Shown piece after piece: positions 14,801-20,000 of a stretch of 20,000 nucleotides of DNA. Numbering within the stretch: position 1 is the first letter of the stretch; each line of letters begins with the position of its first letter. The stretch is from an uncultured virus (IMG/VR IMGVR_UViG_3300033148_006032) (taxonomy: Duplodnaviria; Heunggongvirae; Uroviricota; Caudoviricetes): IMG/VR virus record IMGVR_UViG_3300033148_006032. One strand, 5' to 3'. The translations under genes were made by a program, and so were the position numbers. Under the pieces are notes generated by a model that was not told where the DNA came from, did not search any database, and saw only the letters and a program-made list of their open reading frames with translations.

Positions 14801-17734
14801 TTAAATTTCATCCTCCTGGGTGGTTGAATTCTCCATATATGCTCCTGTTCCTGCAGAGGAATAGCTTTCCAAAAAAGGTCTTCCTGCTGCTAAATCTTGC
14901 AAAACCACCACTTCATTATCCCCGGAAAAGGCCCCCTCTCTCACGACAATTTCATTTATTCGTAACACCCCAAGTTTTTTTTCCCGCCCATGCGGATCTT
15001 GATTCAATCCATATTGGGCGGTCACATGTGCCAATTTCCTTTTATCCTCACTAAAATTGGACAAAGATAACCTGCCTTTCTTATAACTGTCCGCGTCTGC
15101 CTGTGTTGCAGACAGTAATAATAAATGTCTTTCCTGGGACATTGCCCTCAGGTTTTTCCAGATATGGTCTTGTCGATGTCTAAATTCAGATACTTTTCCA
15201 TCATCAGCAGAAAGCAAATCTGCATAATCCACCACAATAATATCTGGAACGAATCCATCCCTCCGCTCCCAATCATTCAAACGGTTTCGCATTTCTGTTA
15301 CCGTCAAGGTTCCCGCAGGATAGGTGATAAGTTTAAAACGCCGCTTATATTTTTTAAAGAATGTCCGTATGTTTCTTTTAGCTTGCTTTACTCTAAGGGG
15401 CTGTACTCTCTTCATTTTTTGGAGCCACACTGCCCCCATCCGTTTTTGACATCCATAAGCGCGACAGGTTTCATATTCCGGAAACTCCTCATATTTTTTT
15501 TTCAAAGTTTCTATGTTCGCAAATTCATGAATTTCCTTGTTGAAAAGTTCTAATGTGACTTCTTCAAATATTCCGTGGTCACAATTTCGGTCTGTCCGAG
15601 TACATATATCAAGTTGATTCAGTACACAGTCCCCACGAGGACGAAACCGTTCTTGGCAATACTGTCCTTTATCTGATTTCCTAGCTAAATATACGCAAAT
15701 TCTACGCAGTACCTGACTTTCCGTCATATCCCCAGCCTCAAAAAAAGCAACATTTGCCTTTTGTCGAATAGCCCGCAGTGCTATCTCCATTAAAAGAAAT
15801 GAATTATGAACAATTATATTTTCTGCTATGAAATTATGGGTTTCTGGTATGGTTAGATCAAATGTTTCCTTTTCTCCAACATAAGAAATATCAAGCACTT
15901 CATCCCATAGAATGTGAGAATCAAAATATTTTTTTCCAGCTTTTGTATCCTGTACTTCAAGAAAGGATTGCCTCATTATTGGAGCTTGTTTGGTAATTTG
16001 TTCCCTAACACTCGAAGCTTTTTGAAAAGCTTGCCTAAAAACAGGAATATTTTGATGTTGCCCACTTCCCGGTCCTCTTGGGATTACGTCACAGCATCCT
16101 TCTAATTCAAACAAAACTTCATCATGAAATTTTTTTGCTATTTGTGGAGGGAATTTATCCAAAAATGATTTATAAGCTGGTTTTCTTATAGATAACACTT
16201 TTTTTAACTTATTTTGTTTTTTGTAAAGAAAGCCTATTTCTGTGGCGAATCGGGAAGCATTTTCCCAATCTCCGATTGAAACAGTCCAAGCTCCAGCTTT
16301 GTCATTTTTTTTAAAAGAGATTTTAGCAACTATTCCAAACCGACTCAATAGATGATGCACTTGACGAGCAAGATATTCATTGGCTACTGCAAATCCTATT
16401 TGCAGATCTTCCTTTTCATTTACCCATCCATCGCAGGAATATAAAACCTTTAAAAACAAGGATAAATCTTTTTTTGGTAATTGAAAAACATCGTTTGGAA
16501 TTCTCTTATCATAACTTAATTTATTCCACAAACCAAGCCGTCTTAACATTCGAAGCACATAGTTTTTATTGTGTTTATTTCTATTTCCTTTCGCATTTAT
16601 TACACTACCTGCTATGCCTTTCCATCTTACTGCGCATTCCATTTTTTTTATACATCGAGTAAAGTCTTTTTGAATATCCACATCGGCAGAAGAAAACAGA
16701 AGGACTTTAGTTCGTGCGTATTTATAATTATATTCCCGCAAACAACCTTCGGTAATAAAATAAGCAATCAAGCGAATTTTAAATTCTTTCATTTGCAACT
16801 TCCCGAACACAGGGATATGTTTTGGGGCTGCAATAAAAGAACCCGTTTTTATTTCAGACAAGTTCCTCCATCCATCTGGTGTCAGAAATGGATGATTAAT
16901 TGTTGCTTCTATACATCTTCCAGTTTTGGTAGTTACCTGATAAATAGATTTAACCCCATTTTTCCAAAACTGAGATATTTGAGATGGTATAAAGCTCTGA
17001 GTATTATCATCAAATGAAATTATGTCCTTTCTATTTTTTTCTATAATCTCATAGATAGTCAATTCCTCTCCTGTGGACATAAGTACTTTTTGATCACCAG
17101 ATAGGCACTTCCCGCGTTTTTCTGGGGCAAGAAATGTCACAAATCCACCCCTGATAAAATGGGCATTCAGCATCTTTCCTAACGCTCCAGGATAGGATAC
17201 AACCTGTTGCCCAGTTTCACTGAACGCTATTTCTACCCGTTTTATGGCTTCCTTACTGGATAATTCAAGACCAGCATCTACACCCTCAATAATAGTGGGA
17301 GTATATGCTTGCATTAATTTTTCAGCCTCTGCAATATCCCCCGTATCAATGAGATCCTGAACCTCCAGATTATGCTTTTCAAGTTCTTGTGTTTTCAGAT
17401 ATTGAACTGTTTGGTCATACAGATAGGCAGAATTGAACTGGGTATCTCGTCCGTATTCATCGCTTAAATCGGATAATAACTCCTCTATGTATTCGGCATC
17501 CGCTTTAGGCAGTTTACCTCCTTTTAGATGCTCCATGTAAATATTTTGTATGTCATTGTCCGGTACTTTACTATATTTTTCAAAGTAGGAGGTGCACCAT
17601 CCCGCTATCATTTTTAATTCGGGGGATTCAAGCAAGGCGGGATTCCATATTGGATGAACCCTTTCCTGATAGTCTGTACTGATGATCAATCCTGTAATTA
17701 TCCTACGTTCGATAAATTCTGTATCATTTGTCAT
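14801..17734 (-). CDS. dnaB: DnaB-like replicative helicase (542-aa extein) containing an intein
   Basis: Spliced Walker A APEKRGK|S, FFEAGDM, IVVDYADLL (Walker B), SATQA, FSEDKRK, GLNQ. Confidence 0.85.
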   Translation of the reverse strand: MTNDTEFIERRIITGLIISTDYQERVHPIWNPALLESPELKMIAGWCTSYFEKYSKVPDNDIQNIYMEHLKGGKLPKADAEYIEELLSDLSDEYGRDTQFNSAYLYDQTVQYLKTQELEKHNLEVQDLIDTGDIAEAEKLMQAYTPTIIEGVDAGLELSSKEAIKRVEIAFSETGQQVVSYPGALGKMLNAHFIRGGFVTFLAPEKRGKCLSGDQKVLMSTGEELTIYEIIEKNRKDIISFDDNTQSFIPSQISQFWKNGVKSIYQVTTKTGRCIEATINHPFLTPDGWRNLSEIKTGSFIAAPKHIPVFGKLQMKEFKIRLIAYFITEGCLREYNYKYARTKVLLFSSADVDIQKDFTRCIKKMECAVRWKGIAGSVINAKGNRNKHNKNYVLRMLRRLGLWNKLSYDKRIPNDVFQLPKKDLSLFLKVLYSCDGWVNEKEDLQIGFAVANEYLARQVHHLLSRFGIVAKISFKKNDKAGAWTVSIGDWENASRFATEIGFLYKKQNKLKKVLSIRKPAYKSFLDKFPPQIAKKFHDEVLFELEGCCDVIPRGPGSGQHQNIPVFRQAFQKASSVREQITKQAPIMRQSFLEVQDTKAGKKYFDSHILWDEVLDISYVGEKETFDLTIPETHNFIAENIIVHNSFLLMEIALRAIRQKANVAFFEAGDMTESQVLRRICVYLARKSDKGQYCQERFRPRGDCVLNQLDICTRTDRNCDHGIFEEVTLELFNKEIHEFANIETLKKKYEEFPEYETCRAYGCQKRMGAVWLQKMKRVQPLRVKQAKRNIRTFFKKYKRRFKLITYPAGTLTVTEMRNRLNDWERRDGFVPDIIVVDYADLLSADDGKVSEFRHRQDHIWKNLRAMSQERHLLLLSATQADADSYKKGRLSLSNFSEDKRKLAHVTAQYGLNQDPHGREKKLGVLRINEIVVREGAFSGDNEVVVLQDLAAGRPFLESYSSAGTGAYMENSTTQEDEI
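15803..17107 (-). mobile_element. Intein with LAGLIDADG homing endonuclease (435 aa)
   Basis: Starts CLSGD; block B ATINHPF; endonuclease motifs LIAYFITEG and FLKVLYSCDG; ends TFDLTI..THNFIAENIIVHN followed by Ser+1. Confidence 0.95.
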
Positions 17735-17770
17735 ATATCTTATCCTCCTATGCTCCTATGCTACAACTCC

Positions 17771-18088
17771 TTATGATTCCTCGCTTTCAAAAACTAATTT
17801 AGCACCTATATATTTTTGTACTGCTTCTTTTACAGAAGGTTTATAAATATCTGCCGTATTATAAAAGCGTATTCTTTCAATCATATTATTATTTACTACA
17901 ATGTGGCCTCTTGTGGCTCCTGGATATCTTATGTCTAATGCATTTTTACGATTTCTATGTCTATAGATATATGTATTCCAATGAGGGATATCAAAAGAAT
18001 ATAGCAAATGTTTATCCATTTCGCGTGTTAAGTCATTTATCCACTCAGGTTGTCCTATTATGATATTCACAACAGTTATAAGTTCCAT
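17771..18088 (-). CDS. Hypothetical protein (105 aa)
   Basis: RBS GGGGAGG; fits the operon. Confidence 0.75.
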   Translation of the reverse strand: MELITVVNIIIGQPEWINDLTREMDKHLLYSFDIPHWNTYIYRHRNRKNALDIRYPGATRGHIVVNNNMIERIRFYNTADIYKPSVKEAVQKYIGAKLVFESEES

Positions 18089-18125
18089 AATTTCCTCCCA
18101 CTATTTCATAATACTTATAATTTCC

Positions 18126-19010
18126 TTATTTTAATTCATGCATTATTTTCGCATTAGTACCAGCGTGTAATCTCCATGTTGTACCGTCATAAGACGGAAC
18201 AAAACCGCTGTTCCATAAATCAATGCAAGATTGAAATGGATTTTTGCCAAGGTTATGGTCTATATATTCCCATTTAGTAAGATTGAAAAATGAAGATATA
18301 TAAGCCCCGACCGAATCCCAGACCGAATCCCAGACCGAATCCCTGACCAAAGCTCTGACCGAATCCCCGACCGAATCCCCGACCGAATCCCAGATCGAAT
18401 CCCAGATCGAATCCCAGATCGAATCCCAGACCGAATCCCCGACCGAATCCCCGACCGAATCCCTGACCGAAGCCCTGACCGAAGCCCCGACCGAAGCCCT
18501 GACCGAAGCCCCGACCGAAGCCCTGACCGAAGTCCCGACCGAAGCCCCGACCGAAGCCCTGACCGAAGCTCTGACCGAAGCTCTGACCGAATACCATTGT
18601 TTCAATAATTCTATTTCTTTTTTTGTTACCTTTCCTGCAACCACATCTTTAAATGGGTGGACTATGGGCTTAATTATTAGTTCAGGAACTATTTTTGGGT
18701 GGACTATGGGCTTAATTATTAGTTCAGGAACTATTTTTTTGAAATCCAAGTTATTACAAAATCCCTTAATTAGTGCCGAATCATCCTTATTAGGCATTTT
18801 GTCTATCACCAATTCTTTTGTCAAAGGATTGTATTCGTACTTGTTCAACATATCTTCGTGTTCACCTTTAAAACCATGATAGTCTGCTATACTGGAATGA
18901 CTATCTAGTTCATAATCAAATTTACCTGATAATATTTTTTTTCTTATGCTATAATCAAAATAAAACATCTTTCCTGCTCCATCACTTACCAAACTGAAAA
19001 ATTTACACAT
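18126..19010 (-). CDS. Tetrapeptide-repeat phage protein, intact copy (294 aa)
   Basis: Start moved to ATG 19010 (RBS AAAGGAGG), matching the paralogue's start MCKFFSLVSD. Contains 24 S[VI][RGW][ADT]-type units. Confidence 0.85.
   Translation of the reverse strand: MCKFFSLVSDGAGKMFYFDYSIRKKILSGKFDYELDSHSSIADYHGFKGEHEDMLNKYEYNPLTKELVIDKMPNKDDSALIKGFCNNLDFKKIVPELIIKPIVHPKIVPELIIKPIVHPFKDVVAGKVTKKEIELLKQWYSVRASVRASVRASVGASVGTSVRASVGASVRASVGASVRASVRDSVGDSVGDSVWDSIWDSIWDSIWDSVGDSVGDSVRALVRDSVWDSVWDSVGAYISSFFNLTKWEYIDHNLGKNPFQSCIDLWNSGFVPSYDGTTWRLHAGTNAKIMHELK
18303..18590. repeat. 24 x 12-bp degenerate tandem repeat (minus strand TCG GTC NGG NNT)
   Basis: Read directly from the sequence. Confidence 0.95.
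18654..18738. repeat. 42-bp in-frame tandem duplication (KIVPELIIKPIVHP x2)
   Basis: Units start at 18654 and 18696. The paralogue has a single copy. Confidence 0.9.
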
Positions 19011-19018
19011 AATATCCT

Positions 19019-19055
19019 CCTTTATATTATACATCCCCTTTATATTATACATCCC
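19019..19055 (-). promoter_or_regulatory. 18-bp tandem duplication containing ATGTATAATA (putative -10 elements)
   Basis: GGATGTATAATATAAAGG x2 immediately upstream of the RBS of the 19010 gene. Confidence 0.55.
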
Positions 19056-19062
19056 TACACAT

Positions 19063-19227
19063 TTAATCGTATGAAATTTCAGTCCTTTCCTCACATACTC
19101 CCTCTCTTTTGATTGGGTCTTTTCCATCACAAAAATTGCACTGTACTCTATTTGACGGACATTCTATACAGTTAGTATTGCATCTGTAACAGAAACAATC
19201 TGAACATACATCGTGCATTTCAGCCAT
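19063..19227 (-). CDS. Cys-rich microprotein (54 aa)
   Basis: RBS GGAGGGGG. CSDCFCYRC...CIEC...CNFC...C. Confidence 0.65.
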   Translation of the reverse strand: MAEMHDVCSDCFCYRCNTNCIECPSNRVQCNFCDGKDPIKREGVCEERTEISYD

Positions 19228-19249
19228 TTTCCATTCCCCCTCCAATATA

Positions 19250-19997
19250 TTATACAGTCTTATACACTATTTTCGCATTAGTACCAGCGTGTAATCTCCA
19301 TGTTGTACCGTCATAAGACGGAACAAAACCGCTGTTCCATAAATCAATGCAAGATTGAAATGGATTGTTTCCTTCTTCGTGGTCTATGTATTTCCATCTA
19401 TCAAGGTTGAAAAAGGATGAAATGTACGCCCTGACCGAATCCCCGACCGAATCCCCGACCGAATACCCGACAGAAGCCCCGACCGAATCCCCGACCGAAT
19501 CCCAGACCGAATCCCAGACCGAATACCTGACCGAATCCCAGACCGAATCCCCGACCGAATCCCAGACCGAAGCCCCGACCGAAGCCCCGACCGAAGCCCC
19601 GACCGAATCCCAGACCGAATACCTGACCGAATACCTGACCGAATACCATTGTTTCAATAATTCTATTTCTTTTTTTGTTACCTTTCCTGCAACCACATCT
19701 TTAAATGGGTGGACTATGGGCTTAATTATTAGTTCAGGAACTATTTTTTCCCTTAATTAGTGCCGAATCATTCTTGTTCGGCACACTGTCAATCACGAAT
19801 TCTTTCGTTAAAGGATTGTATTCATACTTATTTAACATATCCTCGTCTTTACCTTTAAATCCATGATAGTCTGCTATACTGGAATGACTGTCTAGTTCAT
19901 ATTCAAGTTCACCTGATAATATTTTTTTTCTTATGCTATAATCAAAATAAAACATCTTTCCTGCTCCATCACTTACCAAACTGAAAAATTTACACAT
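19250..19997 (-). pseudogene. Second copy of the tetrapeptide-repeat gene, frameshifted by a 23-nt deletion near 19750
   Basis: ORFs 19734..19997 and 19250..19696 match the N- and C-terminal halves of 18126..19010. Between AAGGG and TAGTTCC the intact copy has 29 nt and this copy has 6. Confidence 0.85.
19427..19642. repeat. 18 x 12-bp degenerate tandem repeat encoding SV[RGW][ADY]
   Basis: Read directly from the sequence. Confidence 0.95.
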
Positions 19998-20000
19998 AAT

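Noticed and set aside
18303..18590. G-quadruplex function for the GGG/GGGG runs on the minus strand of the arrays
   Set aside because: The G-runs follow directly from Gly/Trp/Arg-Asp/Ala codons and the loops are long. There is no independent support.
2..18879. Plus-strand ORFs in the supplied track
   Set aside because: They lie antisense to well-supported minus-strand genes or over AT-rich gaps, and show no recognisable motifs or convincing RBS.
18303..19642. 12-bp arrays as a CRISPR array
   Set aside because: The units are contiguous with no unique spacers, keep the reading frame inside genes, and no cas genes are present.
18303..19642. Diversity-generating retroelement TR/VR pair (most variants could derive from A-to-N changes of TCG ATC AGG AAT)
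   Set aside because: No reverse transcriptase and no adenine-rich template copy in the window. The arrays differ in unit number, and some changes (TTG, TCT) are not at adenines. Slippage explains the pattern more simply.
18274..19760. Alternative-frame ORFs with GFGR/GFGQ and TESP repeats (18274..18597, 19401..19649, 19365..19760)
   Set aside because: These are shadow frames kept open by a stop-free 12-bp repeat. They have no RBS, and the conserved flanking domains are in the SVxx frame.

Overview
A low-GC, densely packed segment of a large tailed phage or prophage. All credible genes are on the minus strand. Strong AGGAGG-type ribosome-binding sites suggest a Bacillota-like host (inference). 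In transcription order (right to left) the window holds: (1) two tandem paralogues carrying 12-bp/tetrapeptide arrays, one of them frameshifted; (2) a DnaB-like helicase with a 435-aa LAGLIDADG intein in Walker A; (3) an accessory region with a frameshifted peptide deformylase, a membrane-anchored acyl-carrier-protein domain, a YopX remnant and many small or Cys-rich ORFs; (4) a 7-deazaguanine DNA-modification cluster (queD, queE, queC, a phosphoribosyltransferase-FolE fusion and a DpdA/TGT-like transglycosylase); (5) a replication module (beta clamp, uracil-DNA glycosylase/3'-5' exonuclease fusion with no polymerase domain, SNF2 helicase cut by the window edge). The most striking unexplained pattern is four stand-alone 55-74 aa mini-genes around the DpdA-like gene. 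Each resembles that enzyme's own N-terminal ~45 aa (MxIxLA...R[LI]xx[FY][FYW]), and the enzyme has an internal RBS+ATG right after that segment. This suggests a split enzyme with interchangeable N-terminal modules. All calls come from reading motifs by eye; no database searches were run.
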